DNA from: Oscillospiraceae bacterium
GTDB lineage: Bacteria; Bacillota; Clostridia; Oscillospirales; Acutalibacteraceae
Reading direction: 5' to 3'
NCBI GenBank assembly: GCA_902762875.1
Contig: CACWPS010000003.1
Span: 94,550-158,549, forward strand
DNA: 64,000 bases
The notes below the pieces were generated by a model, which did not search any database, was not told the origin of the DNA, and was given only the letters and a program-made list of their open reading frames with translations. Below are positions 38,792 to 50,017 of the stretch, piece by piece. Numbering within the stretch: position 1 is the first letter of the stretch; every line of letters begins with the position of its first letter. A program made the position numbers and the translations under genes.

Positions 38792-39895
38792 ATGACAGAT
38801 TTAGAAAAGGCAAGAAAGAAAATCAACGAAATAGACAAAGAGATGGCACAGCTTTTTGAAAAGCGTATGGAAGCGGTAAAAGCTGTTGCCGAGTACAAAA
38901 AGGCAAACGGAGTAAGGGTTACCGATTCAGCACGGGAGGCAGAGGTTATAAAGCGTAATTCAGAGCTTATAGAAAACGAAACCCTCAAGCCTTATTTCGT
39001 AAGCTTTTTGCAGAGTAATATGGATATTTCAAAGGCATATCAGCACAGACTGCTTGAGGGTATGCGGGTTGCCTACAGCGGGGTTGAGGGGGCGTTTGCA
39101 AATATTGCCGCAAGCCGTATTTTCCCTGACGCTACAGCTGTTCCGTACCCGAATTTCAAGGCGGCGTACGATTCGGTGGTGAACGGTGAGTGCGACTGTG
39201 CGGTACTGCCTATAGAAAACAGCCATAACGGCGATGTTATACAGGTTATGGATTTAACCTTCTTCGGTACCCTTTATATCAACGGAATTTACGATATTGA
39301 GGTTGTGCAAAATCTGCTTGCCGTCAAGGGCACTACAATGGACGAGGTAAAAAGGGTAATAAGCCATCCTCAGGCGCTGGGTCAATGCGCAAAATACATA
39401 AGGGAGCACGGCTTTGAGCCTGTAGAAGCAGTAAACACTGCGGTCGCGGCAAAGCAGGTTGCCGAGGCAGGCAGACACGATACTGCGGCGATAGGCAGTA
39501 GCGAAGCGGCGAAAATTTTCGGTCTTAAAAAGTTAGAGGCGCACATTAACGAAAGCGGCACCAATACCACCCGTTTTGCGGTATTTTCTAAGACACCCAA
39601 AGCCGCCGCTGATGCCGACAATCAGTTTATAATGCTCTTTACCGTATCTAACGAGGCGGGGGCGCTGGGCGAAGCTATAAACACCATAGGAAAATACGGC
39701 TTTAACCTGCGTGCTTTGAAATCCCGCCCCACAAAGGAGCTTATCTGGAGTTACTATTTTTACGCCGAGGGCGAGGGAAATATCAACAGCGAAAAGGGCA
39801 GGGAAATGCTTAATGAACTTAAGGAAAAGTGCAGCAGTATAAGAATTGCGGGCAGTTTTGAAAAAGAAGTTATATTAAAGGGTGAGGACGAATGA
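38792..39895 (+). CDS. pheA: Bifunctional chorismate mutase / prephenate dehydratase
   Basis: N-terminal AroQ-type CM helix region (INEIDKEMAQLFEKRM). There is a PDT domain and a C-terminal ACT domain with the Phe-binding motif (ESRP consensus) present as KSRP. Confidence 0.9.
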   Translation: MTDLEKARKKINEIDKEMAQLFEKRMEAVKAVAEYKKANGVRVTDSAREAEVIKRNSELIENETLKPYFVSFLQSNMDISKAYQHRLLEGMRVAYSGVEGAFANIAASRIFPDATAVPYPNFKAAYDSVVNGECDCAVLPIENSHNGDVIQVMDLTFFGTLYINGIYDIEVVQNLLAVKGTTMDEVKRVISHPQALGQCAKYIREHGFEPVEAVNTAVAAKQVAEAGRHDTAAIGSSEAAKIFGLKKLEAHINESGTNTTRFAVFSKTPKAAADADNQFIMLFTVSNEAGALGEAINTIGKYGFNLRALKSRPTKELIWSYYFYAEGEGNINSEKGREMLNELKEKCSSIRIAGSFEKEVILKGEDE

Positions 39896-40902
39896 TAATG
39901 CCTGTTAGAACCTCAACAGGGGAGTATAATATCTACCTTGAACGGGGCTCCCTTGACAAGGCGGGGGAATACCTTAATTTAAACCGCCGAGTATTTATCG
40001 TGACCGACAGCGGTGTACCCGCCGAATATGCAAAAACAGTAGCTAATCAGGCAAAGTCCCCCGTTATTGTAACGGTAAAAGAGGGGGAGCCCTCAAAGTG
40101 CTTTGATACCTATAAATATCTGCTTTCCGAAATGGTAAAGAATGAATTTACCCGTAGTGACTGTGTGGTAGCAGTAGGCGGCGGAGTTGTGGGCGATATG
40201 GCGGGCTTTGCGGCGGCAAGCTATATGCGAGGTATTGATTTTTACAATATTCCCACCACCGTTTTGTCACAGGTGGATTCCTCTGTGGGCGGTAAGGTAG
40301 CCATTGATTTTGAGGGGTATAAAAACCTTGTGGGTGCCTTTTATCCCCCGAAAGCGGTTATTATCGATTCCGATACCCTTAGAACCCTTCCCGACAGGCA
40401 GATTTCAAACGGACTTGCTGAGTCGGTCAAAATGTCCCTTACCTCGGACGAAGAGCTGTTCGGAATTTTTGAAACAGAAGATATAATGGAAAATATCGAC
40501 CTTATAATCGAGCGCTCCCTTAAAATCAAGCGTTATGTTGTTGAGCAGGACGAAAAAGAGGGAGGACTGCGTAAGATTCTAAACTTCGGTCACACCTTAG
40601 CCCACGCCATTGAGAGCGAGAACGAAATGCAAAACCTCTACCACGGCGAATGTGTGGCGTTGGGTATGATTCCTATGTGTTCGGAAAGTGTTAGGGAACG
40701 GTTGATACCCGTCCTTCAAAAGCTAAATTTGCCCATAGGTACCGAAATTGAGATAGATAAGCTGATTTCAGCTATGCGCCACGATAAAAAGCTTATGGGG
40801 GACAAAATAACCGTTATTTTCGTACCCGAAGCGGGGAAATTTGAAATGCGGGAAATGCCCTTTGATACCTTCGCAAAGGAAATTAAGGAGAGCTTTAAAT
40901 GA
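39892..40902 (+). CDS. aroB: 3-dehydroquinate synthase
   Basis: GGGVVGDMAGFAAASYMRGI and LNFGHTLAHAIE motifs. 336 aa. Confidence 0.9.
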   Translation: MIMPVRTSTGEYNIYLERGSLDKAGEYLNLNRRVFIVTDSGVPAEYAKTVANQAKSPVIVTVKEGEPSKCFDTYKYLLSEMVKNEFTRSDCVVAVGGGVVGDMAGFAAASYMRGIDFYNIPTTVLSQVDSSVGGKVAIDFEGYKNLVGAFYPPKAVIIDSDTLRTLPDRQISNGLAESVKMSLTSDEELFGIFETEDIMENIDLIIERSLKIKRYVVEQDEKEGGLRKILNFGHTLAHAIESENEMQNLYHGECVALGMIPMCSESVRERLIPVLQKLNLPIGTEIEIDKLISAMRHDKKLMGDKITVIFVPEAGKFEMREMPFDTFAKEIKESFK

Positions 40903-41990
40903 AAAATACTATAGGAACCTCGGTAGCACTTACCATTTTCGGCGAAAGCCACGGGGCTGCTGTAGGTGCGGTGCTGGACGGCTTAGCCCCCGGTATTGCG
41001 GTTGATGAAGAATTTATCCGCTCACAGCTGACACTTCGCCGCCCCTTTGGTGATATTTCCACACCGAGAGTAGAGCCCGATAATTTTGTTATTGAAAGCG
41101 GTGTTTTTGAGGGTAAAACCACAGGCACGCCAATTTGTATTTTAATACCCAATGTTAATACAAAGTCAAAGGATTACAGCGAGATTAGAAGCAAGGCACG
41201 CCCCGGGCATGCTGATTTTACGGCATTTGAAAAGTACCACGGCTTTGAGGATTACCGAGGCGGCGGCCATTTCAGCGGAAGAATTACTGCGGGAATAGTA
41301 GCGGCGGGAGCGATTGCAATTTCTGCCCTTAAAGCAAAAGGAATATATGTGGGAACTCATATTTCCCGCCTTGCAGGGGTAAAGGACCGTAGCTTTGCGG
41401 ATTTTAAAGAGGATATAAAGTCGGTTAATAATAAGGTTTTTGCGGTGCTTGATAAAAATGCTGAAACGGCTATGTTAGCGGCGGCAAAGGCGGCAGGATC
41501 TGACGGCGACAGCGTCGGCGGTGTGCTTGAAACGGCGGTTGTAGGTCTCCCCGCAGGAGTGGGCGAGCCTTGGTTTGACAGTGTTGAAAGCAAGCTTTCC
41601 CGTGCGTTATTCGGTATTCCCGCAATAAAGGGTGTTGAGTTTGGCGGCGGTTTTGACCTTTGCGATATGAGGGGAAGTGAAGCCAACGACCCTATAAGAA
41701 TAGAAAACGGCGAAATTAAAACCCTTTCAAACAATAACGGCGGCATAAACGGCGGCATTACAAACGGTATGCCCGTTGTCTTCCGTTGTGGGGTAAAGCC
41801 TACACCTACAATACACAAGGAACAGCGGACGGTGGATTTTATAAACCGAGAGAATGTTCAGTTTACGGCGGGCGGAAGGCACGACCCCTGTATTGTGCAT
41901 AGGGCAAGGGTGGTTATTGACAGTATAACTGCTATTGTACTTTGTGATATATTAAGTGAACGCTTCGGAACGGACTGGTTGGCAAAATAA
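40899..41990 (+). CDS. aroC: Chorismate synthase
   Basis: FGESHG N-terminal signature and RPGHAD. 363 aa. Confidence 0.95.
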   Translation: MKNTIGTSVALTIFGESHGAAVGAVLDGLAPGIAVDEEFIRSQLTLRRPFGDISTPRVEPDNFVIESGVFEGKTTGTPICILIPNVNTKSKDYSEIRSKARPGHADFTAFEKYHGFEDYRGGGHFSGRITAGIVAAGAIAISALKAKGIYVGTHISRLAGVKDRSFADFKEDIKSVNNKVFAVLDKNAETAMLAAAKAAGSDGDSVGGVLETAVVGLPAGVGEPWFDSVESKLSRALFGIPAIKGVEFGGGFDLCDMRGSEANDPIRIENGEIKTLSNNNGGINGGITNGMPVVFRCGVKPTPTIHKEQRTVDFINRENVQFTAGGRHDPCIVHRARVVIDSITAIVLCDILSERFGTDWLAK

Positions 41991-43243
41991 TGGAGTACGG
42001 TTGCATAGGTGAAAAGCTGACCCACAGCTTTTCCAAAATAATTCATTCTAAAATTGCAGATTATAATTACGAGCTAAAGGAAATTGCAAAGGCAGACCTT
42101 GAAACCTTTATGAAAAATGCCGATTTTAAGGCGATAAATGTTACTATCCCCTACAAACAGGCGGTAATCCCCTACCTTTATGAAATAAGCGATACCGCAA
42201 GGAAAATCGGTGCGGTTAATACCATTGTAAACAAAGGCGGTAAGCTTTACGGCTACAACACCGATTACGAGGGTATGCGGGCGTTGATTAAGCGTCAAGG
42301 TGCTGACCTTTCGTGCAAAAAGGTTTTGGTTTTGGGCAGCGGCGGAACTTCTAAAACTGCGGCGGCTGTGGCAGAAAGCCTTGGGGCAAAAGAGGTGTTG
42401 AGGGTTTCCAGAGGCGGTAATGACGGCGCTGTTACATATGAATATGCACTTTCTAATCACACAGATGCCGAGGTCATTATCAACACTACACCCTGCGGAA
42501 TGTATCCTAATATCGGGGAGACAGCTATTGATATATCCCTTTTCCCGAAGCTTTGTTCCGTAACAGATGCGGTTTATAATCCGCTATCTTCTGCACTTGT
42601 GACTACCGCTAAAGAAAAAGGGATTAATGCGGTGGGCGGACTTTATATGCTGGTTGCACAAGCGGTTTTCGCCTGCGAAAAATTTACGGGCGATTCTATA
42701 CCCATAAGTGTTACCGACAGGGTTTATAAAGAAATACTGCTTGATAAAAGAAATATCGTTTTAATCGGTATGCCCGGTTGCGGTAAAACCACTATAGGTA
42801 AAGCTGTGGCAAATGAGACGGGCAAAAGCTTTATCGATACAGATGATGAGATTGTTAAAAAAGCGGGAATATCAATCCCCGAGATATTTGAGCAGTTCGG
42901 CGAAAAGAAATTCCGTGAAATCGAGGCAGAGGTTATAAAAGAGGTTTCAGCACAGCAGTCGGCGGTTATTGCTACAGGCGGCGGTGCGGTGCTTAATTCC
43001 TTAAATGTTTCCCTATTAAAGGAAAACGGAATTATAGTTTTTATAGACCGCCCGATTGAGGATTTGGTAACTACAGACGACCGACCCCTTTCCTCAAACA
43101 GAGAACTTTTAGAAAAACGCTATAAGGAAAGGTACGGTATTTATAAATCGTCTGCTCAAGCGGAAATTAAGGCGGTTAAAGATTTAAGCGTTAATATTAA
43201 AGCCGTAGAGGAGGCTTTCTTAAATGAAAATATTAGTGATTAA
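41990..43243 (+). CDS. Fused shikimate dehydrogenase / shikimate kinase
   Basis: The N-terminal ~250 aa are AroE-like (GEKLTHSFS..., GSGGTSK). The C-terminal part has the P-loop GMPGCGKTT plus DTDDEI, as in AroK. Confidence 0.9.
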   Translation: MEYGCIGEKLTHSFSKIIHSKIADYNYELKEIAKADLETFMKNADFKAINVTIPYKQAVIPYLYEISDTARKIGAVNTIVNKGGKLYGYNTDYEGMRALIKRQGADLSCKKVLVLGSGGTSKTAAAVAESLGAKEVLRVSRGGNDGAVTYEYALSNHTDAEVIINTTPCGMYPNIGETAIDISLFPKLCSVTDAVYNPLSSALVTTAKEKGINAVGGLYMLVAQAVFACEKFTGDSIPISVTDRVYKEILLDKRNIVLIGMPGCGKTTIGKAVANETGKSFIDTDDEIVKKAGISIPEIFEQFGEKKFREIEAEVIKEVSAQQSAVIATGGGAVLNSLNVSLLKENGIIVFIDRPIEDLVTTDDRPLSSNRELLEKRYKERYGIYKSSAQAEIKAVKDLSVNIKAVEEAFLNENISD

Positions 43244-43661
43244 CGGCCCTAACATTAATATGCTTGGCATTAGAGAGCCGGGGATTTACGGTAAGGATAA
43301 TTTTAATACCCTCTGCGAAAGTGTTACAGTCTACGCAAAGGAAAAGGGTATTAAGGTAAAGCTGTTTCAGTCCAACCACGAGGGTGCCCTTGTGGACGAA
43401 ATTCAGGGGGCATACGGTGTGTTTGACGGGATTGTTATTAACCCCGGTGCTTACACCCACACAAGTATAGCATTACTTGATGCTATAAAGGCGGTATCAA
43501 TACCCACGGTTGAGGTGCATATTTCGGATGTGGCGAGCCGTGAGGACTTCAGGCAGGTAAGCTACATTCGTGCCGCCTGTGTTAAAACAATCTGCGGCCA
43601 CGGAATAAAGGGTTATACCGAGGCTATGGAATTTTTAAAGGAGAATTACGGGGATATTTAA
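43224..43661 (+). CDS. aroQ: Type II 3-dehydroquinate dehydratase
   Basis: INGPNINMLGIREP and NPGAYTHTS motifs. 145 aa. Confidence 0.95.
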   Translation: MKILVINGPNINMLGIREPGIYGKDNFNTLCESVTVYAKEKGIKVKLFQSNHEGALVDEIQGAYGVFDGIVINPGAYTHTSIALLDAIKAVSIPTVEVHISDVASREDFRQVSYIRAACVKTICGHGIKGYTEAMEFLKENYGDI

Positions 43662-44870
43662 ATGGTTGTAACTATTAATAAAAGCACCGCCTTCGGTCGG
43701 GTTAAAGCACCCCCCTCAAAAAGTATGGCGCACAGGTATTTAATCTGCGGGGCGCTGTCCCCCGAAAGCGAAATAAAGGGTGTGGGCTTTTCGGAGGATA
43801 TTAAGGCTACCCTTTCCTGCCTTGAGGCTCTGGGTGCTGATATTGAAATAAGCGGAGATACTGTCCGAATCGGCGGAATAGATATGGAAAAAGGAATAAA
43901 AAAGGATAAGCTATTCTGTAACGAATCAGGTAGCACGCTAAGATTTTTAATTCCGCTGTCTCTGCTTTTTGAGAGAGAAATTACCCTTAAAGGAACAAAA
44001 CGGCTTATGGAGCGCTCCCTTTCGGTATATGCAGATATTTGCGCATCTACTGGCTTGGAGTTCAGCCAAATAGGGGAGTCGGTCACAGTAAAGGGTAAGC
44101 TAAAGGCGGGTAAATACTCTGTTAGGGGAGATGTTTCAAGCCAGTTTATAAGCGGACTTATGTTTGCTTTGCCTATGCTCCCAAACGACAGCGTTATTGA
44201 TATTACGGGTGCGCTTGAGAGCGGCTCATACCTTGGAATGACCGTAAAGGCACTCGCTGACTTCGGTGTTAGAATAAGCCGCACCGACGAGAATACGATA
44301 TACATTAAGGGTAATCAAACCTATAAGCCGAGAAGTCTTACGGTTGAGGGAGATTATTCTAACGCCGCATTTTTTGATGCGTTAAATGCTTTGGGCGGAA
44401 ATGTTGCGGTATCGGGACTGAATAAGAAAACTTGTCAGGGAGACGCAGTTTACAAAAAGCTATTTGATGTGCTTCTGCACGGCACCCCCGAAATCGATAT
44501 TTCCGACTGCCCCGATTTAGGCCCTGTGCTTATGGCGGTGGCGGCGGCTAACAACGGTGCGCATTTCATAGGAACACGCCGCCTTAAAATTAAGGAGAGC
44601 GACAGGGGAGCGGCTATGGCAGAGGAGCTTGCAAAGTTTGGCTGTAGGGTGCAGGTAGGCGATAACGATATAACCGTTTATAGCTGTGAGCTTAAAACTC
44701 CCGAATTGCCGCTTGACGGGCATAATGACCACAGGATTGTAATGTCCCTTGCGGTTTTATGCACCTTGACGGGAGGCAAGATATACGGAGCTCAAGCTGT
44801 GTCTAAAAGCTTTCCCGATTTCTTTGAGCGGTTTTCCTCGCTCGGCATTGATTTAGAGGTTGAAGAATAA
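43662..44870 (+). CDS. aroA: 3-phosphoshikimate 1-carboxyvinyltransferase (EPSP synthase)
   Basis: PPSKSMAHR N-terminal motif and DHRIVMS near the C-terminus. 402 aa. Confidence 0.95.
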   Translation: MVVTINKSTAFGRVKAPPSKSMAHRYLICGALSPESEIKGVGFSEDIKATLSCLEALGADIEISGDTVRIGGIDMEKGIKKDKLFCNESGSTLRFLIPLSLLFEREITLKGTKRLMERSLSVYADICASTGLEFSQIGESVTVKGKLKAGKYSVRGDVSSQFISGLMFALPMLPNDSVIDITGALESGSYLGMTVKALADFGVRISRTDENTIYIKGNQTYKPRSLTVEGDYSNAAFFDALNALGGNVAVSGLNKKTCQGDAVYKKLFDVLLHGTPEIDISDCPDLGPVLMAVAAANNGAHFIGTRRLKIKESDRGAAMAEELAKFGCRVQVGDNDITVYSCELKTPELPLDGHNDHRIVMSLAVLCTLTGGKIYGAQAVSKSFPDFFERFSSLGIDLEVEE

Positions 44871-45730
44871 TGAAGTTAAATAAGGATATGAATATATTAA
44901 TTGTAGGCCTTGGTCTTTTGGGAGGAAGCTACGCTGAATCCCTTAAAAAGCAGGGCTACAGGGTAAGTGCTATTACGAGAAGTCAGTCCTCGGTTGACTT
45001 TGCCCTCAGTAAGGGTATAATTGATTACGGCACTACAGAGGTTGAACCCGAGTTGCTGGGAAACGCCGATTTGGTGGTCTTCGCACTTTATCCCCATATT
45101 TTTACAGAATGGATAACCGGGAACCAGCACCTTTTAAAAAGCGGTGCGGTAATAACCGATGTTACGGGTGTTAAAGGCTGTATTGTTGGAAAAATTCAGG
45201 ATATTTTAAGGGATGATGTGGAGTTTATCGCCGCCCACCCAATGGCAGGCAGAGAGGTCTGCGGAGTGCAGAACAGTACGGACGAGATTTTTAAGGGTGC
45301 CAATTACATTGTGGTCCCCACCGAGAAAAATACTATGTCTGCAATCAAGCTTTGCCGTGATTTGGGTGAAAAGTTGGGCTTTCGGCAGGTGTCCGAGCTA
45401 TCTGTTACAATGCACGATAAAATGATAGCCTTTTTGTCCCAGCTAACCCACTGCATAGCCGTTTCCCTTATGTGTGCCGACAATACCCCGGGGCTTGAGT
45501 ATTACACGGGTGATTCATTCAGGGATTTAACAAGAATCGCCAAGATAAACGACGAGATGTGGAGCGAGCTGTTCCTATACAATAAGGACGCTTTGCTTAC
45601 GGAAATGGATAAATTTAAGGCTTCCTTTGATGAGCTTTATGAAAAAATTAAAACAGGAGACCGTGACGGTATGCGCCAAATGATGAGAACATCAACCGAG
45701 CGCAGAAAACGCTTCGATAAACATATATAA
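44870..45730 (+). CDS. tyrA: Prephenate dehydrogenase
   Basis: NAD-binding IVGLGLLGGS and AAHPMAG. 286 aa. Confidence 0.9.
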   Translation: MKLNKDMNILIVGLGLLGGSYAESLKKQGYRVSAITRSQSSVDFALSKGIIDYGTTEVEPELLGNADLVVFALYPHIFTEWITGNQHLLKSGAVITDVTGVKGCIVGKIQDILRDDVEFIAAHPMAGREVCGVQNSTDEIFKGANYIVVPTEKNTMSAIKLCRDLGEKLGFRQVSELSVTMHDKMIAFLSQLTHCIAVSLMCADNTPGLEYYTGDSFRDLTRIAKINDEMWSELFLYNKDALLTEMDKFKASFDELYEKIKTGDRDGMRQMMRTSTERRKRFDKHI

Positions 45731-45750
45731 ATAATAAGGAGTTATTAATT

Positions 45751-46782
45751 ATGAATATGACATTTAAAAGAAAGCTTCCCATTCCGCAGCAGATTAAGAC
45801 ACGCTACCCCGTAACCGAGGAAATGGCAAAGGTTAAGCTTAAGCGTGACGAGGAATTAAAAAGGATTTTCAGGGGTGAGTCGGATAAGTTTATACTTGTA
45901 ATCGGTCCCTGCTCTGCAGACAGCAGCGAGCCTGTACTCGATTACATATCTCGCCTTCGCACCGTTCAGGATAAGGTGGAGGATAAAATACTTATCGTTC
46001 CCCGCATATACACCAATAAGCCGAGAACCACAGGTGACGGCTACAAGGGTATGCTTCACCAGCCCGACCCTGATGAAACCCCCGATATGCTTAAGGGTAT
46101 TGTAGCCATAAGAGAGCTTCATATGGCGGCTTTGCGTGATTACGGCTTTTCCTGTGCGGACGAAATGCTGTACCCTGACAATCACCGTTATCTTTCCGAC
46201 CTGCTTTCCTATGTTGCGGTGGGTGCCCGTTCGGTTGAAAACCAACAGCACAGATTAACCGCCAGCGGTCTTGATGTTCCTGTAGGAATGAAGAACCCCA
46301 CAAGCGGCGACCTTAGCATTATGATGAACTCTATAACCGCCGCACAGCATAAGCACACCTTTATTTACCGTGGTTGGGAGGTCGACAGTGAGGGCAACCC
46401 CTACGCCCACGCAATTTTACGGGGATATATTGATTATGCGGGTAAGAACGCTTCAAATTACCATTATGAGGACTTATTGAAGCTTTACGAGCTTTACGGT
46501 AAGTCGGGACTCCGAAACCCCGCTGTTATAGTTGATACAAACCATGCAAATTCAGGAAAGCAATGCCTTGAGCAGGTTAGAATTGCTAAGGATGTTGTAT
46601 ATAGCTGTAACCACAATAAGGACATTCGTTCAATGGTAAAGGGCCTTATGATTGAAAGCTACATAGAGGACGGCGCCCAGAAAATCGGCGAGCATATCTA
46701 CGGAAAATCCATAACCGACCCTTGCCTTGGTTGGGAAAAAACTGAGGAGCTTATCTACAAGATAGCCGATACATTGGAATAA
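45751..46782 (+). CDS. aroF: 3-deoxy-7-phosphoheptulonate (DAHP) synthase, class I
   Basis: GPCSADS, KPRTT and GARSVENQQHR motifs of AroF/G/H-type enzymes. 343 aa. Confidence 0.9.
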   Translation: MNMTFKRKLPIPQQIKTRYPVTEEMAKVKLKRDEELKRIFRGESDKFILVIGPCSADSSEPVLDYISRLRTVQDKVEDKILIVPRIYTNKPRTTGDGYKGMLHQPDPDETPDMLKGIVAIRELHMAALRDYGFSCADEMLYPDNHRYLSDLLSYVAVGARSVENQQHRLTASGLDVPVGMKNPTSGDLSIMMNSITAAQHKHTFIYRGWEVDSEGNPYAHAILRGYIDYAGKNASNYHYEDLLKLYELYGKSGLRNPAVIVDTNHANSGKQCLEQVRIAKDVVYSCNHNKDIRSMVKGLMIESYIEDGAQKIGEHIYGKSITDPCLGWEKTEELIYKIADTLE

Positions 46783-46783
46783 G

Positions 46784-47209
46784 GTGATTAAAACGGAAAA
46801 GTATAAGCATAAGGTCCAATACTATGAGACCGATAAAATGGGGTTTGTTCATCACTCAAACTATATCCGTTGGTTTGAAGAGGCAAGGAGCGACTTTTTT
46901 GAAAAAATCGGCGCACCCTATGCGGTGACAGAGAGTATGGGGATAATAAGCCCTGTGCTGTCTGTCAGCTGTGATTATAAAAAATCCTGCTTCTACGGCG
47001 AAGAAGTAATTATTGAAACCACCCTCGAAAAGATGGGGAATGTAAAGTTCTTTGTGAGCTATAAGGTTTTCTCCGAGGAGGGGGAGCTTAGGGCAGAGGG
47101 TACCACCTCCCACTGCTTCCTAAATACCGAGGGTCAGGTTATCTCCTTAAAACGGGTAAAGCCTGAGCTTTTTGAAACCCTGCTAAAATTTGTAGGAAAA
47201 ACTTTTTAA
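46784..47209 (+). CDS. Acyl-CoA thioesterase (hotdog fold, YbgC/4HBT type)
   Basis: YYETDKMGFVHHSNY N-terminal motif. 141 aa. It starts 1 nt after the aroF stop. Confidence 0.8.
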   Translation: MIKTEKYKHKVQYYETDKMGFVHHSNYIRWFEEARSDFFEKIGAPYAVTESMGIISPVLSVSCDYKKSCFYGEEVIIETTLEKMGNVKFFVSYKVFSEEGELRAEGTTSHCFLNTEGQVISLKRVKPELFETLLKFVGKTF

Positions 47210-47255
47210 TAACGGATTATTTTTTCAATTTCAGCCGATAATATATTCGGTGAGC

Positions 47256-47864
47256 ATGTTGAAAAGAAAAATATTCGGAATAATTAAGCTTTTGTCTTTG
47301 TGTGTTATCTGCTGCTCGCTTTTTGTGGGCGGCGGATATTTTTATCTGCGCCAAAATTTTAAGGAGGCGGAAAATAAGGTTTCAAGCATACCTTACAGCT
47401 TTTCTGCCCCTGAAAATAAGGGGATAATGCTTGATATTTGCGATAATCTTACCTTTTTATATCTTGATTTCGGCGAAAAAAGATTAAAGGTTATTATTCC
47501 GCCCGAAGCAGATTATAATGGAGAAATTTTCGGCTATCCAATAGATTTTACCGTAAAAACGGATTATAGGTTTGTTTCAAGGCTTATTGATTGCGCCGAC
47601 GGAATAGAGCTTGAGATAAGCGGAGAAACACTCAGATATACCGGTGTTCAGATATCGGATATTTTAAGCCGCACTGTGGATACTTCGGAATTGAAGAGGA
47701 AAATAATAATTGCTTTGCTTGAAAAAATAGGAAAAAACGGCTTGGACGGAGAATTTTTTAATTACCTTGTTGAAAGCGCTGATACAGATATTACCGTGCC
47801 CGATTGCTACTATTGGGAAAGATATATAACGAAGCTTTGCAAAAACGGCGTAATCATTAATTGA
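47256..47864 (+). CDS. Hypothetical membrane-anchored protein
   Basis: About 200 aa with one N-terminal TM helix. I recognised no motif. Confidence 0.5.
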   Translation: MLKRKIFGIIKLLSLCVICCSLFVGGGYFYLRQNFKEAENKVSSIPYSFSAPENKGIMLDICDNLTFLYLDFGEKRLKVIIPPEADYNGEIFGYPIDFTVKTDYRFVSRLIDCADGIELEISGETLRYTGVQISDILSRTVDTSELKRKIIIALLEKIGKNGLDGEFFNYLVESADTDITVPDCYYWERYITKLCKNGVIIN

Positions 47865-47906
47865 CAAACAGCCCTTTTCAAGTTATACTATATTATGTAA
47901 TTTGTA

Positions 47907-50012
47907 ATGGGGGTAATAATTTTGGATAAGGTAAGTGAAATTTTCGGTACTAATGTATTTAACGATTCGGTAATGATTGAAAGATTACCGAAGGATACAT
48001 ACAAAGCCTTGAAGTCCGCCATAAAAGAGGGCAAGGGTATCGACAGCAGCATTGCAGATACGGTTGCCGCCGCTATGAAGGACTGGGCGATTGAAAAGGG
48101 TGCCACGCATTTTACCCATTGGTTCCAGCCCTTGACAGGCATTACCGCCGAAAAGCACGACAGCTTTATTTCTCCTACGGGAGACGGTCATATAATAATG
48201 GAATTTTCGGGCAAGGAGCTTATAAAGGGAGAGCCTGATGCTTCCTCTTTCCCGTCGGGGGGACTCCGTGCCACCTTTGAGGCAAGGGGATATACCGCAT
48301 GGGATCCCAGCTCTTACGCTTTTGTAAAGGACGATACACTCTGTATTCCCACCGCCTTTTGCTCTTATTGCGGCGAGGCGCTTGACCAAAAAACACCTTT
48401 GCTGCGCAGTATGGATGCTATAAATAAGCAGGCTTTAAGAATTGTCCGCCTTTTCGGTATGGATGAGGTTAAGCGTGTAAGTGTGACAGTCGGCCCCGAG
48501 CAGGAGTACTTCCTTGTGGACAAGGCCATGTACGATAAGCGCCCTGACCTTGTTTTCTGCGGCAGAACACTTGTAGGCGCAATGCCACCTAAGGGTCAGG
48601 AAATGGACGACCACTATTTCGGCGTTTTAAAGCCGAGGGTTGCCGCCTTTATGCGTGACCTTGACAACGAGCTTTGGAAATTGGGGGTGCTTGCAAAGAC
48701 CGAGCATAATGAGGTTGCCCCCGCACAGCACGAATTAGCGCCCATATTTACAACCATAAATATCGCCGCCGACCATAATCAGCTTACAATGGAAATGATG
48801 AAGAAGACCGCTTTAAAGCACGGGCTTGTGTGTTTATTGCACGAAAAGCCCTTTGACGGTGTTAACGGCAGCGGCAAGCATAACAACTGGTCCCTTTCTA
48901 CCGATACGGGCATAAATTTCCTCAAACCCGGCAAAAATCCGGGTGAAAATTCACTCTTTTTGCTGACCCTTGCCGCAGTTATAAAGGCGGTGGACGAGCA
49001 TCAGGATTTACTTAGAATATCGGTTGCTACCGCAGGTAATGACCACCGCTTAGGTGCAAATGAGGCTCCCCCCGCAATAATTTCTATGTTCTTGGGCGAT
49101 GAGCTTACCGATTTGCTTTTATCCATAGAAAGCGGAACCCATCACGATAATGCCGAAAAGGTTAAAATGACCGTCGGTGCGGATATTATTCCGCTCTTCG
49201 GCCGTGACAATACCGACCGTAACCGCACCTCGCCCTTTGCTTTTACGGGTAATAAGTTTGAGTTCAGGATGTTAGGCTCGGCGTCATCTATTTCCGATAC
49301 CAATGTAATGCTCAATACTATGGTTGCCGATACTTTCGCACAGTTTGCGGACAGACTTGAAAAAGCGGACGACTTTGGAGCGGAGCTTAACAGCATAATA
49401 AAAGAGACCGTAGCAGAACATAAGCGTATTATATTCAACGGTGACGGTTATTCCGACGAATGGAAGGAAGAGGCGAAAAGACGGGGACTTCTCAATCTCA
49501 CAAGTACGGTTGACGCACTCCCGCTCCTTAAAACCGAGGATAACATAGCTCTCTTTGAGCGCCACGGGGTTTTAAACCGTGCGGAAATTAATTCGAGAGT
49601 TGACATTATTCTTGAAAATTATTCTAAGGTTATTCATATTGAGGCGCTTTCCCTTATTGAAATGATGAACCGTGATGTAATTCCCGCAATAACCCAGTAT
49701 AACAGCCGTCTTTGCACCGCTCTTATCAACAGGCGCAGCTTAGGACTTAAATTTGACGAGCTGGCGGATACCGAGATTATCGCCCGTCTTTCCGCCGCCG
49801 AGACCGAGATTTACAAGCTTACAAACGACCTTAAAATGTCGGTTATGTCAGCGGAGAAAATCCCCGATATGCTGGACCGTGCGACTGAATACCACGATAG
49901 GGTATTAAAGCTGATGGCTGATATCCGTAAGTATTCCGACAGCGCCGAGGCGGTCGTTTCACGGGACTGCTGGCCCTATCCCAGCTACGGAGAGCTGTTA
50001 TTCAATATCTGA
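47907..50012 (+). CDS. glnN: Glutamine synthetase, type III
   Basis: About 700 aa with a GSIII-type N-terminus ([26 protein letters not shown]) and a catalytic core ([10 protein letters not shown]). The start may be the TTG at 47922, 8 nt after GGGGGT. Confidence 0.9.
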   Translation: MGVIILDKVSEIFGTNVFNDSVMIERLPKDTYKALKSAIKEGKGIDSSIADTVAAAMKDWAIEKGATHFTHWFQPLTGITAEKHDSFISPTGDGHIIMEFSGKELIKGEPDASSFPSGGLRATFEARGYTAWDPSSYAFVKDDTLCIPTAFCSYCGEALDQKTPLLRSMDAINKQALRIVRLFGMDEVKRVSVTVGPEQEYFLVDKAMYDKRPDLVFCGRTLVGAMPPKGQEMDDHYFGVLKPRVAAFMRDLDNELWKLGVLAKTEHNEVAPAQHELAPIFTTINIAADHNQLTMEMMKKTALKHGLVCLLHEKPFDGVNGSGKHNNWSLSTDTGINFLKPGKNPGENSLFLLTLAAVIKAVDEHQDLLRISVATAGNDHRLGANEAPPAIISMFLGDELTDLLLSIESGTHHDNAEKVKMTVGADIIPLFGRDNTDRNRTSPFAFTGNKFEFRMLGSASSISDTNVMLNTMVADTFAQFADRLEKADDFGAELNSIIKETVAEHKRIIFNGDGYSDEWKEEAKRRGLLNLTSTVDALPLLKTEDNIALFERHGVLNRAEINSRVDIILENYSKVIHIEALSLIEMMNRDVIPAITQYNSRLCTALINRRSLGLKFDELADTEIIARLSAAETEIYKLTNDLKMSVMSAEKIPDMLDRATEYHDRVLKLMADIRKYSDSAEAVVSRDCWPYPSYGELLFNI

Positions 50013-50017
50013 TATCT